DNA from: Eubacteriales bacterium
GTDB lineage: Bacteria > Bacillota > Clostridia > Oscillospirales > CAG-272
Length of the DNA stretch: 64,000 bases
Direction: 5' to 3'
Assembly: GCA_045597145.1 (NCBI GenBank)
Contig: JAZODU010000060.1
Location: forward strand, 9,562 to 73,561
The stretch's first letter is position 1, and every line of letters starts with the position of its first letter. Shown here piece after piece: positions 8,128 through 18,527 of the stretch. A model generated the notes under the pieces. It was not told where the DNA came from, ran no database searches, and was given only the letters and a program-made list of their open reading frames with translations. The position numbers were made by a program, and so were the translations under genes.

Positions 8128-8601
8128 TTATTTTACGGTGATATCCGCCGTTTTGGCTTGTATAAATTGCAACAACGCCGCACGGTTGAGCAAGAGCTGT
8201 GCACCGCGCGTGCCGGCGGACACCGTGATCTCGTCAAACTGCAACGCACTTTCGTCCACATACGTGGGAAATGCTTTTTTCATACCGATCGGCGAGCAGC
8301 CGCCACGGATATAACCCGTGAGTGCCGGAAGATCCTTGACGTGCACCATTTCGATCCGCTTGTTTCCCGTGATCGCGGCGGCGCGCTTCAGATCCAACTC
8401 CTGTGCCACGGGAATACAGAACACCAAGGACCCTGTTTTGTCTCCGCGTGCCACCAGCGTTTTGAACATTTTTTCGGGCGGAAACTGCAACTGCTCCGCA
8501 ATGTGCATACCCGAAAGATCACTCTCGTCCACGGTATAGGTCAAGGTTTCGTATGGGATTTTTGCGGTGTCAAGCCGCCGCATCGCATTTGTTTTTTGCA
8601 T
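8128..8601 (-). CDS. ybaK: Cys-tRNA(Pro)/Cys-tRNA(Cys) deacylase YbaK/EbsC
   Basis: 157 aa, with the YbaK family pattern MQKTNAMRRLD...FKTLV...GYIRGGCSPIG. Confidence 0.9.
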   Translation of the reverse strand: MQKTNAMRRLDTAKIPYETLTYTVDESDLSGMHIAEQLQFPPEKMFKTLVARGDKTGSLVFCIPVAQELDLKRAAAITGNKRIEMVHVKDLPALTGYIRGGCSPIGMKKAFPTYVDESALQFDEITVSAGTRGAQLLLNRAALLQFIQAKTADITVK

Positions 8602-8611
8602 AGTGTTTCCT

Positions 8612-10276
8612 TTATCTGTATTCGGCGATCATCTCCCGTGCCGCTATGCGCTGTGCGTCCGTGACCTCGATGCCGCCCAAAATACGGGCAATCTCCTCGA
8701 CGCGCTCCTCGTCGGACAGCTCGCACACATCGGTTTCCGCGCGTCCGTCGCGCTCACTTTTACTGATACGGTAATGCGTATCCGCCAGAGACGCGATCTG
8801 TGCCGAGTGCGTCACGCAGAGCACCTGCGTGCTCTTTGCCGTTTGAGAGAGCTTGATGCCGACCTTGCGCGAGGTCTTGCCCGACACGCCCGTGTCGACC
8901 TCGTCAAAGATGACGGTATCTGCGCCCTCGCGGTCGTTGAGCACCGAGCGCAGCGCCAGCATGATGCGCGACAGCTCACCGCCCGATGCAATTTTGATCA
9001 TGGGAAGCAAGGGCTCGCCCGGGTTGGTCGCGATCAAAAACTCGATATCGTCGGCACCGTGCTCCGAAAGCTCTGCCGAAGAGATCTTGACCTCAAAGCG
9101 CACCTTGGGCATATCCAGAAATGCCAGCGACTCTGTGACGGACGCCACGACCTCGCGAGATGCCTGCGTGCGCACGGCGGTCAACGCTGCCGCCTTTTCC
9201 TTGGCAAGGCGCGTCAATGCTCTGACTTCCTTTTCCAGATTGATGCGTGCCTCGTCGGACAGCTCCAGCTCCTCAAGCTCTGCCGCGGCGCGTGCGCGGA
9301 ATGCCAGAATGTCGGCAACCGTCGCGCCGTATTTGCGCTTGAGCTTGGAAATGGCATCCAATCTGCTCTCTATCTTGTCGATACGCGCGGTGGGGTCGCC
9401 CGTTTCCTCCTCGCCAAAGCCGTCTACGGTGTCGGCAATATCCTCGACCTCGGACGCGACCGCCTCCAAGCGTTCTGCCAAGGCACCCGCGCCCTCGATC
9501 AGCCCCTCCAAGGAGTACAGCGCGTTTTGTGCACGGCGAATCAGATCGTAAGCACTCCCCTTTTCACCGCCGCGCAGAGCGCGGTAAGATACGCGCACCT
9601 GGCGGTTGATCTGCTCGGCGTTGGCAAGGCGGTCACGCTCGCGCGTGAGTGCTTCCTCCTCGCCGTCACGGAGCTTGAGCGCGTCGATATCCTCTATCTG
9701 GTAGCGCAGCATTTCGGAAAGGCGCACCTTTTCGGATTCGTCGCGCGACACGGATTCAAGCTTCGCCTGCGTTTGTCTGAGCCGCGCATATACCTCGGTG
9801 TACGCCGCCAGCTCCTGCACGGGATCGGCATAGGCATCGATCAGTGCGCGGTGTGCGCTCCTTTGCAGCAGCTTCTGATTGTCGGACTGCCCGTGTATGC
9901 TGACCAGCATCGCGGCGATCTCTTTTTGCACCGCCTGCGTGATGATCTGTCCGTCAAGGCGCGTCTGCGAGCGTCCGTCTGCATTCAGCGTTCTCTGCAG
10001 CATCAGCGATCCATCCTCGCAGGAAAAGCCCATATCGGCAAGGCGCGTGCACACGCTCTCGCTCAGGTTTTCAAACACGGCGCGCACGGTCGCACAGCTC
10101 TCGCCCGAGCGAATGATCTCGCGCGACATACGGTTGCCGAGCAGGAGGTTGATGCTGTCCACGATCATGGATTTACCTGCGCCCGTTTCACCCGTCAGGA
10201 CGGAAAAGCCGCCCGCAAGATCAATATCGGCGCGGCGTATGACCGCGATGTTTTCGATATGTAAGGATTTCAGCAT
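8612..10276 (-). CDS. recN: DNA repair protein RecN
   Basis: 554 aa. Walker A GETGAGKS at the N-terminus, long coiled-coil middle, and C-terminal SGGELSRIMLA plus FDEVDTGVSG. Confidence 0.95.
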   Translation of the reverse strand: MLKSLHIENIAVIRRADIDLAGGFSVLTGETGAGKSMIVDSINLLLGNRMSREIIRSGESCATVRAVFENLSESVCTRLADMGFSCEDGSLMLQRTLNADGRSQTRLDGQIITQAVQKEIAAMLVSIHGQSDNQKLLQRSAHRALIDAYADPVQELAAYTEVYARLRQTQAKLESVSRDESEKVRLSEMLRYQIEDIDALKLRDGEEEALTRERDRLANAEQINRQVRVSYRALRGGEKGSAYDLIRRAQNALYSLEGLIEGAGALAERLEAVASEVEDIADTVDGFGEEETGDPTARIDKIESRLDAISKLKRKYGATVADILAFRARAAAELEELELSDEARINLEKEVRALTRLAKEKAAALTAVRTQASREVVASVTESLAFLDMPKVRFEVKISSAELSEHGADDIEFLIATNPGEPLLPMIKIASGGELSRIMLALRSVLNDREGADTVIFDEVDTGVSGKTSRKVGIKLSQTAKSTQVLCVTHSAQIASLADTHYRISKSERDGRAETDVCELSDEERVEEIARILGGIEVTDAQRIAAREMIAEYR

Positions 10277-10277
10277 A

Positions 10278-10733
10278 TCAGACGTTCTTCATGAGTCCGC
10301 GGAAGCGATCCGCAATATTTTGGGCGCACTCCTCGTCGCGCGACACGATTATAATGGTGTCGTCGCCCGCCACGCAGCCAAGTATTTGCTGCATATTCAT
10401 CGCATCGATCCCGACCGCCACGGCGTTTGCCATGCCCGGATAGGTCTTGAGAACCGCTATATTGCACGCATGATCGACGCTGACGATCGAATCGATGAGC
10501 GCGGCGTTGAGCTTCATGCCCGAGCCGTTGTCCACCTGCTTGGGAAGCACGTAGCGGTAGGTTCCCTTACCCGTGGTCATTTTGGCGATCTTCAATTCGC
10601 GAATGTCACGCGAAACGGTTGCCTGCGTGACGTCGTATCCGTTCTCGCGCAGGCGCGCGATCAGCTCGTCCTGCGTGTCGATTTCATATCTGGAGATCAG
10701 CTCCAGCATTTTTTCCTGTCTGTTTCTTTTCAT
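10278..10733 (-). CDS. argR: arginine repressor
   Basis: 151 aa with QDELIARLRENGYDVTQATVSRDIRELK (winged helix) and C-terminal GCVAGDDTIIIV. The argR-recN synteny matches Bacillus. Confidence 0.95.
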   Translation of the reverse strand: MKRNRQEKMLELISRYEIDTQDELIARLRENGYDVTQATVSRDIRELKIAKMTTGKGTYRYVLPKQVDNGSGMKLNAALIDSIVSVDHACNIAVLKTYPGMANAVAVGIDAMNMQQILGCVAGDDTIIIVSRDEECAQNIADRFRGLMKNV

Positions 10734-10747
10734 TTTGGCAGCACTCC

Positions 10748-11647
10748 TTAATCGGTCGTTCTGCGGTCGCCCTGCGATCCCGCCATCTTTTGCCAGAGCT
10801 TTTTATAAAATCCGCAGGATTTGAGGCGAATCAGGTTGGTCTGCATCGCAGATTTCGTGATACGCACGACCTGATTGCGGTAAAGCTCAAAGTTCATTCG
10901 CCCGTCAACGGTCAGATACAGCATCTTCTCACGCGCGCAGATGTTGCGCACCTCCAAGGTGGAGCTGTCCGCGAAAATCAGCGGACGCGCGATGAAGGAA
11001 TGTGGGCAGATGGGCGTGACGCAGAAGCATTCCACGCGCGGATCGACGATCGCGCCGCCCGCCGACATGGAATACGCAGTCGAGCCCGTGGGGGTTGCAA
11101 TGATCAAGCCGTCGGCGCGATAGGTCGCCACGCGGTTGCCTCCCTCCGAAAGCTCCACGTCCACAATGCGCGACACGCTTCCGTTGGAGATCACGGCGTC
11201 GTTGAGGGCGTAGCAGAAGGAGCGCAGCTCTCCGTTTACAAGCAGCTCCACGCGAAGCATGGAACGCTTGTCAAGCGTGTAGTCGCCGCTGAACAGGCGC
11301 GAGAGCTGATCGAGATCCCCCATTTCCAGCTCTGCCATGTAGCCAAGCCGCCCGAGATTGATCCCGAGAATGGGTGTTCCTCTTTGTGCCGCGCGTCTTG
11401 CCGCCTCGAGAATGGTTCCGTCGCCGCCCAGGACAATCAGAATATTCGCCTCGGCATACACCTGCTCCAATGGTAAAAAGCGAAACGCCTTTTGCTCCTG
11501 ATTCATGCGCATCAGCTTTTCGCGGTTGAATGCGGCAACAAGGATCTCGCAATCCTCGCGCTCCAAACGCTCCGCCACCTTCATGGCGGCGTTCGCCTTT
11601 TCATGTATATTGAAATTCGTAAGCAGTGCAATCTTTAACACTGTCAT
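10748..11647 (-). CDS. nadK: NAD(+) kinase
   Basis: Motifs VLGGDGT, INLGRLGYM and ADGLIIATPTGSTAYSMSAGG. The start is moved to MTVLKIALL (11647); the 61-aa upstream extension overlaps tlyA. Confidence 0.9.
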   Translation of the reverse strand: MTVLKIALLTNFNIHEKANAAMKVAERLEREDCEILVAAFNREKLMRMNQEQKAFRFLPLEQVYAEANILIVLGGDGTILEAARRAAQRGTPILGINLGRLGYMAELEMGDLDQLSRLFSGDYTLDKRSMLRVELLVNGELRSFCYALNDAVISNGSVSRIVDVELSEGGNRVATYRADGLIIATPTGSTAYSMSAGGAIVDPRVECFCVTPICPHSFIARPLIFADSSTLEVRNICAREKMLYLTVDGRMNFELYRNQVVRITKSAMQTNLIRLKSCGFYKKLWQKMAGSQGDRRTTD

Positions 11648-12471
11648 CGACTCCTTTCGGTTGAAATTCGATCGGCAACGCGCCGAATATCCTGCGGTGT
11701 CAGGGGGGGCAGGTTCTTTGTATGCTTGGTACAAAGGCGCAGGAGAAACTCGCGGTTGCCATCCCCGCCCGTGATGGGAGACGGAATCAAGCCCACGGGC
11801 AACAGCCCCACGGCGGTCGCACATTCGCAAACACGCTCGATCGCATAGCGGTGTGCCGCAGGCTCCTTGACGATCCCGCCCTTGCCGAGCATTGCCTTGC
11901 CGACCTCAAACTGCGGCTTGACGAGAATGATTGCCTCGCCCCCGTCGCCAAGCAGTACGGGAAAGCGCGGAATAATATAGGTCGCGGAAATAAAGGAGAC
12001 GTCCATGACGATCAGGTCGATCCGCTCGCCGCCAACGTCCGCCGGTGTCAGCTCGCGTGCGTTAAGATGCTCGCGCGAGATCACGCGCGCGTCCTTGCAC
12101 AGCTTTTTGGCAAGCTGTCGCTCCCCCGCGTCAATGGCATGCACGCGTGCCGCTCCCCGTTGCAGCAGGCAATCGGTGAAGCCGCCCGTGGAAGCCCCGA
12201 CGTCAAGTGCGGTCAAGCCCTGCACGTCGATCCCAAAGGCATCAAGTGCCCCTTCGAGCTTGAGCCCCCCGCGGCTGACGTACGCCAGCGGATCCTCCAC
12301 GACGACCGTGTGTGCGCCGTCGGAGATCTCCTGCGCGGGCTTTTTCACGGGAACACCGTCCACCGTGACGCTACCGCTCTCGATCATGAGCCGCGCGCGT
12401 CCGCGGCTGGGCGCATAGCCGTTTTCGGTCAGATAGACATCCGCTCTCATTTTTTTCTCGTGCAGAGCCAT
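11644..12471 (-). CDS. tlyA: TlyA family rRNA (cytidine-2'-O)-methyltransferase
   Basis: An S4-like N-terminus (RADVYLTENGYAPSRGRA) is followed by an FtsJ fold (LDVGASTGGFTDCLLQRGA). The start may instead be M8 at 12450. Confidence 0.9.
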   Translation of the reverse strand: MALHEKKMRADVYLTENGYAPSRGRARLMIESGSVTVDGVPVKKPAQEISDGAHTVVVEDPLAYVSRGGLKLEGALDAFGIDVQGLTALDVGASTGGFTDCLLQRGAARVHAIDAGERQLAKKLCKDARVISREHLNARELTPADVGGERIDLIVMDVSFISATYIIPRFPVLLGDGGEAIILVKPQFEVGKAMLGKGGIVKEPAAHRYAIERVCECATAVGLLPVGLIPSPITGGDGNREFLLRLCTKHTKNLPPLTPQDIRRVADRISTERSR

Positions 12472-13337
12472 TCCGCCAAGGAACGTAGCGCGTCGGATTC
12501 GGGGTATTTGCGAAGTGCATCGGTCGCCTCGCGCGTCAGGGTCTCGGCGTAGAATTGCGCCTCCTCGACCGAATAAAAGCTCAAAAAGGTACTCTTTTGG
12601 TGCACCTTGTCCACGCCGACGTTCTTACCCAGCGCCTCGGCGTCCCCCGTTGCGTCCAGAATGTCGTCAACGATCTGGAATGCAAGGCCGACGTTTTCGG
12701 CATAGGTGACAACGTCGCGCATACGGGGATCGTTCAGTGTCACGCCTGCCGCAAGCGCGCCAAGCACCGCCGACGCGCTGATCAGCGCCCCCGTTTTGAG
12801 CGAATGAAGCTTTAACAGCTCGTCCAGCGAGAGCGTTCTTTTCTCGCCCTCCAGATCCATGATCTGACCGCCGACCATGCCGTAGCGTCCCGCACAGCTT
12901 GCAAGATACGCCACCGCAACGGCAGAAGCCTCCATACCCGCCTCGGTATTGGACGCCGCCGCCTCGAACGCACCCGTCAGCAAGGAATCCCCTGCCAAAA
13001 GTGCGGTCGCCTCACCGAACACCTTATGATTGGTTGGCTTGCCGCGGCGCAGGTCATCGTCGTCCATGCACGGCAGATCGTCGTGAATGAGCGAGTAGGT
13101 ATGGATCATTTCCACGGCGCAGGCAAACGGCAGTGCCGCCGCGTCGTCGCCGCCGAACAGACGGCAAAACTCCAGCGTAAGCACGGGGCGGATCCGCTTG
13201 CCCCCCGCAAAAAGGCTGTATCTTTCCGCGTCAAGCAGGGATCTGATGTCCTCGTCCTCATCGTAATATTTACGCAACGCGTCCTCGGTCATTACCGCGT
13301 CGCGGTGCATCAACAGCTCCAGAGCTTCCGCAATCAT
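12447..13337 (-). CDS. ispA: polyprenyl (farnesyl/geranylgeranyl) diphosphate synthase
   Basis: Two Asp-rich motifs, LIHDDLPCMDDDDLRRG and FQIVDDILD. Confidence 0.9.
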   Translation of the reverse strand: MIAEALELLMHRDAVMTEDALRKYYDEDEDIRSLLDAERYSLFAGGKRIRPVLTLEFCRLFGGDDAAALPFACAVEMIHTYSLIHDDLPCMDDDDLRRGKPTNHKVFGEATALLAGDSLLTGAFEAAASNTEAGMEASAVAVAYLASCAGRYGMVGGQIMDLEGEKRTLSLDELLKLHSLKTGALISASAVLGALAAGVTLNDPRMRDVVTYAENVGLAFQIVDDILDATGDAEALGKNVGVDKVHQKSTFLSFYSVEEAQFYAETLTREATDALRKYPESDALRSLAEWLCTRKK

Positions 13338-13573
13338 TCCGCGCCCTCCCCTTTAAAATCCGCGAGCGTCGCCGTGCCGTCTGCCTGCATTTGCAGGATC
13401 TTGACGCTTTGCTCGGCGTTTTCCAGCTTCTCCGAGCAGGCGCGGATCAAGGAGATCCCCTCCTCGTAAAGCTTGAGGGAGGCATCCAGCCCCTCGCTTC
13501 CGCTTTCCAATGTATGCAATATTTCCTCAAGGCGCGCCATTGCCGCCTCAAAGGTCACCGTTTTCTTCGTCAT
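13334..13573 (-). CDS. xseB: exodeoxyribonuclease VII small subunit
   Basis: 79 aa, FEAAMARLEEILHTLESG...LKLYEEG, sitting directly after xseA. Confidence 0.9.
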   Translation of the reverse strand: MTKKTVTFEAAMARLEEILHTLESGSEGLDASLKLYEEGISLIRACSEKLENAEQSVKILQMQADGTATLADFKGEGAE

Positions 13574-13574
13574 A

Positions 13575-14777
13575 TCATTCTTCCTTTCCGTTTACCGTGG
13601 CGCGCACCCGTCCGTCCGAGAATCGGATCTGCACCTCGTCGCCCACGGCAAGCTCGTGCGCCAGAGTCACCGTGTTTCCCTCTTTTGCGATCGCGGCGTA
13701 TCCGCGCGAGAGAACTGCGAGCGGGTTGAGTGCCTCCAGGCGTCCCGCGCTACTGCCAAGCTGTTGTTTTTTGTTGCCAAGCACACCCTGCATCGCGCGC
13801 TCCAGTGCTGCTTCGCGCTCGTCAAGACGCAGACGGTAGGGCTCCAGCATTTGCTCGGGGCGAGTAAAGACCCGTGCGCCCGCAATCGTTTGCAAAACCC
13901 TCTTTTCCTGCGCGATTTTCTGCCCGATCAGCACGCGAAGCCGCTCCCCCGTGGCACGCAAGCCCTGCAGGATATCCTGCAAAACCGGCACGGCAAGCTC
14001 TGCCGCTGCCGACGGTGTCGGTGCGCGTCGATCCGCCACAAAGTCGCAGATGGTAAAATCGCTTTCGTGCCCCACCGCCGAGATCACGGGGATACGGCAC
14101 GCGGCGACCGCACGCGCAAGTCCCTCGTCATTGAACGCCCACAGATCCTCGGCTGATCCGCCGCCGCGGCCGAGAATGATCACGTCGACAAGATCGGTGA
14201 CCCGGAAAAATTCCAGTCCCGCGATCAGCTGCATGGGAGCCTCCGCGCCCTGCACCTGCGAGGGAAAGAGGATCATTTGTGCGCACGGAAAGCGTCTGCC
14301 CAAAATATTCATGATGTCATGCACCGCCGCGCCCGAGGGCGAGGTGATCACGCCGATACGCATCGGCATGGGCGGCAGTGGCTTTTTACGGCTCTCGTCA
14401 AAGAGCCCTTCGGCGGCAAGCTGACGCTTGAGCTGCTCAAATCGCAGGGCAAGCGAGCCCGCGCCGTCGGGGATCAGCTCGTCGACGTAGAGCTGGTACT
14501 GCCCCCCCTCGGGATACACCGACACGCGGCCGTGTGCGATCACGCGCATGCCGTCCACGGGACGGAACGAAAGCCGCGCGGCATAGGAGCGAAACATGAC
14601 CGATCTGAGCTGCCCCGTTTCGTCCTTCATGGTAAAATAGCAATGCCCCGATGAATAGGTTTTGAAATTGGAGAGCTCGCCGCGCACGAACACGCTTGAA
14701 AGCACGCGGTCGCCGTCAAGGATCATTTTGAGATATTCGTTGACCTGTGTGACCGACAACGGATCCTTTTGTATCAT
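13575..14777 (-). CDS. xseA: exodeoxyribonuclease VII large subunit
   Basis: Start placed at [17 protein letters not shown] (14777). An OB-fold N-terminus ([10 protein letters not shown]) precedes the catalytic core ([16 protein letters not shown]). Confidence 0.9.
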   Translation of the reverse strand: MIQKDPLSVTQVNEYLKMILDGDRVLSSVFVRGELSNFKTYSSGHCYFTMKDETGQLRSVMFRSYAARLSFRPVDGMRVIAHGRVSVYPEGGQYQLYVDELIPDGAGSLALRFEQLKRQLAAEGLFDESRKKPLPPMPMRIGVITSPSGAAVHDIMNILGRRFPCAQMILFPSQVQGAEAPMQLIAGLEFFRVTDLVDVIILGRGGGSAEDLWAFNDEGLARAVAACRIPVISAVGHESDFTICDFVADRRAPTPSAAAELAVPVLQDILQGLRATGERLRVLIGQKIAQEKRVLQTIAGARVFTRPEQMLEPYRLRLDEREAALERAMQGVLGNKKQQLGSSAGRLEALNPLAVLSRGYAAIAKEGNTVTLAHELAVGDEVQIRFSDGRVRATVNGKEE

Positions 14778-14799
14778 GCTGTGCCCTCCCTTCAAAGCG

Positions 14800-15747
14800 T
14801 TAAGGCTTTTGGTATTTCTGCCGACAGAGCAACGCAATGCCTGCGGCGTTGTCTGCCGAGAACTGCGGCTCGGCAAAATAGGTATCGGGACGAGCCGAAA
14901 GCACGCCCTGCAAATAGCGGTTGCTCATCACGCCGCCCGCGTACACCACGGGGATCGACGGATAGTGTTCATCTAAATTCTCTGTCATCTGCTTCAGGGT
15001 TTCCCCGATAAAGGCGAGCACGAACGCGCTGACGTATGCGCGGTCGCCCGTTTCCCGCCAAAGCTTTTCGGCGAGATTCTGCAATCCCGACAGATTGCAA
15101 ACGCCGTCCCGCACGCTCACGCGCAGACGCGGCACGGGACGCAAATTCTCTGCGGCGAGCGCTTCGAGCTCCTTGCCGCACGGGAACGCAAGCCCCATCA
15201 TTACACCGACGCGGTCGATCGCCTGTCCTGCGTTGAGGTCAGCCGTTTCACCGACAAGAGAAACGCTGAAGCCCACGCGGCTTGGGGTCACGTGCAAGAC
15301 CTCGGTCGTGCCTCCCGACACGTGAAACGCCGCAAAGGGCTTTTGCAAAAGTGTTTTCATAGCTCCCGACGAATACGCCGCCGCCATGATGTGCCCGTTC
15401 TGATGGGAAAAGCCAAATACCGGCACGTCGATCGCCGCCGCAAACGCCTCTGCCGCCGCAACTCCCGAAAGGAAGCACGGCATATACGAGCCGTCCTCGT
15501 CGCGCGGCGTGCGCGACGCGCCGACCGCACAAACGTGCAGATCCTTGATTTCACGGCGCAACCGCTCCATAACGGAGGGCAGATTTTTAACGTGCGCGAA
15601 CACCGCGTCACTCTGCCGCAGACCGCACTCCCCGTTTTTCACGGGCAGCGGCTCCTTGATATTGGCGATCACGCGCCCGTCGGCGGTGCAGAGCGCCGCA
15701 GACGTGGTATAGTTGCTGGTATCGATCCCAACGAATACGTCCGTCAT
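14800..15747 (-). CDS. Kae1/TsaD (glycoprotease M22, ASKHA-fold) family paralog
   Basis: 315 aa with [10 protein letters not shown] (TsaD has GIETSCDET), the metal-site-like SHQNGH, and C-terminal AGGVMSN...DNAAGIA. Confidence 0.7.
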   Translation of the reverse strand: MTDVFVGIDTSNYTTSAALCTADGRVIANIKEPLPVKNGECGLRQSDAVFAHVKNLPSVMERLRREIKDLHVCAVGASRTPRDEDGSYMPCFLSGVAAAEAFAAAIDVPVFGFSHQNGHIMAAAYSSGAMKTLLQKPFAAFHVSGGTTEVLHVTPSRVGFSVSLVGETADLNAGQAIDRVGVMMGLAFPCGKELEALAAENLRPVPRLRVSVRDGVCNLSGLQNLAEKLWRETGDRAYVSAFVLAFIGETLKQMTENLDEHYPSIPVVYAGGVMSNRYLQGVLSARPDTYFAEPQFSADNAAGIALLCRQKYQKP

Positions 15748-16163
15748 GCCCGTGCTTCTTCGATCTCGGACTTCGCGCCGTTGAGCACGCCGTTGACGAA
15801 AGCACGCATTTTTGCGTCGTCAAAGGTCTTGACCAGCTCGATCGCCTCGTTGATCGACACCGCCATGGGGATCTCCTCCATGAACTTCATTTCATAAATG
15901 CACAGACGCATAGCATTTCTGGAAACCGCCGTGATGCGGCTGGGCTTCCAGCCGTTGGAGTGGCGCATGATCATAGCGTCAATCTCCTCCAGATGCTCGC
16001 GCACGCCGAAATAAACGCGCTTGATGTACTCGTTGTCGGCGAAGTCGCGATCCTCCTTGGAGAGCGCGTAGATCGCGTCGGGAGCTGCATCCGTGCGAAA
16101 TTCGGTTTCAAACAGCAGTTGAAATGCCTCTTGTCTCGCTTCTTTTCTCGTCATTCCTGCCAT
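15744..16163 (-). CDS. nusB: transcription antitermination factor NusB
   Basis: 139 aa, with REARQEAFQLLFETEF at the N-terminus and FVNGVLN near the C-terminus. Confidence 0.9.
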   Translation of the reverse strand: MAGMTRKEARQEAFQLLFETEFRTDAAPDAIYALSKEDRDFADNEYIKRVYFGVREHLEEIDAMIMRHSNGWKPSRITAVSRNAMRLCIYEMKFMEEIPMAVSINEAIELVKTFDDAKMRAFVNGVLNGAKSEIEEARA

Positions 16164-16237
16164 ATGCTTTCGTTTTGTCCTTTCTTTGGTGCCTGTGCCG
16201 CGCAGGGCGCAGGATCGTATAATAATCCATCATATCT

Positions 16238-16265
16238 ATTATACAACAAAATCCAAAAAAGTCAA
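16238..16265 (-). promoter_or_regulatory. sigma-A type promoter for the nusB operon
   Basis: Minus strand TTGACT (16265-16260), a 16-nt spacer, then TATAAT (16243-16238). Confidence 0.55.
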
Positions 16266-16274
16266 CTGCAAAAA

Positions 16275-16303
16275 TGAATATTTTCATCTTTTTATGCATA
16301 ATA
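16275..16303 (+). promoter_or_regulatory. possible forespore sigma-G/F-like promoter upstream of cwlD
   Basis: TGAATA (16275-16280), a 16-nt spacer, then CATAATA (16297-16303). This resembles the GHATR...CATNNTA consensus and B. subtilis cwlD has a sigma-G promoter. By-eye match only. Confidence 0.3.
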
Positions 16304-16337
16304 TCGATACCAAATCCCTTTCAAAGGAGGCGCTTTC

Positions 16338-17066
16338 ATGCAGACCACCCGCGCAACGCCCGTAAAACATCTCTTTCCCCTGCTCCTGACGCTGATTTTA
16401 TGCTGCACGTTCTTCTCGCGGCTCTCGATCCGCTACGTCTCGCCAGCGATCCTTACAGAATCCGTTCCGACCAAAGCCCGTACCCTTACGGTGGTTCTGG
16501 ACGCTGGGCACGGCGGCGAGGACGGAGGGGCTGTGAGTGCCGACGGGCTTGTGGAAAAGGATATCAATCTGTCTGTCGTGCTTTTATTGCGCGATATGCT
16601 GACGGCAAACGGCATCAACGTCGTTCTGACGCGCAGCACCGACACCCTGCTCTACGACAAAAACGCCGACTACGAGGGGCGAAAAAAGGCACTTGATATG
16701 GCAGAGCGGCAACGGATCGCCGAGGAAACGCCCGATTGCATCTTTGTCAGCATCCACATGAACACCTATCCGCTCCCCACCTGCCACGGGCTTCAGGTGT
16801 GGTACTCCCCTAACAATCCCGCGTCGCAAACGCTTGCCTCCGCCATGCAAGCCACCGCCAAAAGCGTGCTGCAGCCCGAAAACGACCGCCACGTCAACGC
16901 CGCCGGGAGCGGCATTTATCTCTTGCACCGCCTGAGTGTCCCCGCGATTTTGGTGGAATGTGGCTTCCTTTCCACGCCCGACGAGGCGGCACTGTTGGCG
17001 ACGGAGGAATATCAGCGTCAGCTGGCGTTTACGATCTTTTGCGGGATTCTGTCGTTTGAGGGATAA
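16338..17066 (+). CDS. cwlD: N-acetylmuramoyl-L-alanine amidase, CwlD-like (spore cortex)
   Basis: An N-terminal membrane anchor is followed by the Amidase_3 motifs VVLDAGHGGEDGGAV and FVSIHMN. Confidence 0.85.
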   Translation: MQTTRATPVKHLFPLLLTLILCCTFFSRLSIRYVSPAILTESVPTKARTLTVVLDAGHGGEDGGAVSADGLVEKDINLSVVLLLRDMLTANGINVVLTRSTDTLLYDKNADYEGRKKALDMAERQRIAEETPDCIFVSIHMNTYPLPTCHGLQVWYSPNNPASQTLASAMQATAKSVLQPENDRHVNAAGSGIYLLHRLSVPAILVECGFLSTPDEAALLATEEYQRQLAFTIFCGILSFEG

Positions 17067-17073
17067 AAAACTC

Positions 17074-17102
17074 TTGCAAAACACGCACGAATGCGCTATA
17101 AT
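17074..17102 (+). promoter_or_regulatory. sigma-A type promoter for radA
   Basis: TTGCAA (17074-17079), a 17-nt spacer, then TATAAT (17097-17102). Confidence 0.6.
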
Positions 17103-17131
17103 AGAGGTAACACGAAGAAAGGCTTGGATCT

Positions 17132-18517
17132 ATGAAAGGCTTAAAGACGTTTTACATCTGCTCGGAATGTGAATATAAAAGCCCCAAGTGGCTCGGGAAA
17201 TGCCCCGGCTGTGGGGCGTGGAACAGCTTTGTTGAGGACGTGCAGGAGGTCGTACCTGCGGCAAGTACCCCAAAGCGTGTGAGCATGATCCCCTCCACGG
17301 GCGACAACCGTGCGGTGGGCTTTGCGGATCTGGAGATCCCCGACTATATGCGCCAAGGCACGGGACTTGGCGAGCTTGACCGCGTGCTGGGCGGCGGGCT
17401 TGTGCACGGCTCGGTCGTGCTTCTCTCGGGTGAGCCCGGCATCGGTAAATCCACGCTACTCATGCAGATCTGCGACGCGCTGGGTGGCACGAGAAAGGTT
17501 CTTTATATTTCGGGCGAGGAATCGGGCGGTCAGCTCAAGCTGCGTGCGGGACGCCTTGGCGTCAAGGGCGCGTCGCTTTATATTCTGACCGAAACCAATA
17601 TTGAAAACATTCTCAAGGAAACCGACAAGATAAAGCCTGACGTGATGATCGTGGACTCCATCCAGACCATCTACTCGGCATCGGTCAACTCGACCCCCGG
17701 AAGCATCACGCAGGTCAAGGAAACCGCGCTTTCCTTTATCAACAAGGCAAAATCCGACGGCATTTCGGTGATCATGGTGGGACACGTGAACAAGGAAGGC
17801 TCGATCGCGGGTCCGAAGGTTTTGGTGCACATGGTGGACGCGGTTCTCTATTTTGAGGGCGAGCGTCAGCAGGCGTACCGTATCATTCGCGCGATCAAGA
17901 ACCGCTACGGCTCGACCAACGAAATCGGCGTGTTTGAAATGACCGACAAGGGACTTTTGGAGGTGGAAAATCCGTCCGAAATGCTGCTGGCGGGCAGACC
18001 CAAGAACATTTCGGGCAACTGTGCCGTTTGCACCCTGGAGGGCACGCGCCCGCTGATCGCGGAAATTCAGGCACTCGTCACGCCCACCGCCTTCCCCGCG
18101 CCTCGCCGCACCACCAACGGCATTGATTACAACCGTATGTGCCTGATCATTGCGGTTCTGGAAAAGCGGCTCGGCTTGAAATTTTACCAGAACGACGTGT
18201 ATCTCAACGTCATCGGCGGGCTTCATCTGGACGAGCCTGCGTCCGACGTGTCGGTTGCGATGGCGCTGATCTCCTCGATGACCGACCGCATCATTCCCGA
18301 CGATCTGATCGCCATCGGCGAGCTTGGCTTGGCAGGCGAATGCCGCGCCGTCTCTAACCTCGAGCAGCGCATCAAGGAAGCGGCGCGCCTTGGCTTCAAG
18401 CACGCGATCGTCCCCTACCGCAACGTCGAAAAACGACCCGCCGAGGTCGACGGCATCAACATCATTCCGATCCGCGGCATTTATGAAGTTTTGAATATGA
18501 TGAAAAAGAGTGAGTGA
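17132..18517 (+). CDS. radA: DNA repair protein RadA/Sms
   Basis: Zinc finger CSECEYKSPKWLGKCPGCGAWNSF, Walker A GEPGIGKST, the KNRYG motif and a Lon-like C-terminus. Confidence 0.95.
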   Translation: MKGLKTFYICSECEYKSPKWLGKCPGCGAWNSFVEDVQEVVPAASTPKRVSMIPSTGDNRAVGFADLEIPDYMRQGTGLGELDRVLGGGLVHGSVVLLSGEPGIGKSTLLMQICDALGGTRKVLYISGEESGGQLKLRAGRLGVKGASLYILTETNIENILKETDKIKPDVMIVDSIQTIYSASVNSTPGSITQVKETALSFINKAKSDGISVIMVGHVNKEGSIAGPKVLVHMVDAVLYFEGERQQAYRIIRAIKNRYGSTNEIGVFEMTDKGLLEVENPSEMLLAGRPKNISGNCAVCTLEGTRPLIAEIQALVTPTAFPAPRRTTNGIDYNRMCLIIAVLEKRLGLKFYQNDVYLNVIGGLHLDEPASDVSVAMALISSMTDRIIPDDLIAIGELGLAGECRAVSNLEQRIKEAARLGFKHAIVPYRNVEKRPAEVDGINIIPIRGIYEVLNMMKKSE

Positions 18518-18527
18518 GGACACGTGC

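Noticed and set aside
6449-10264. Plus-strand ORFs of 540 aa and 565 aa opposite argS and recN
   Set aside because: Same reasoning. They are antisense to unmistakable housekeeping genes and have no recognisable domains.
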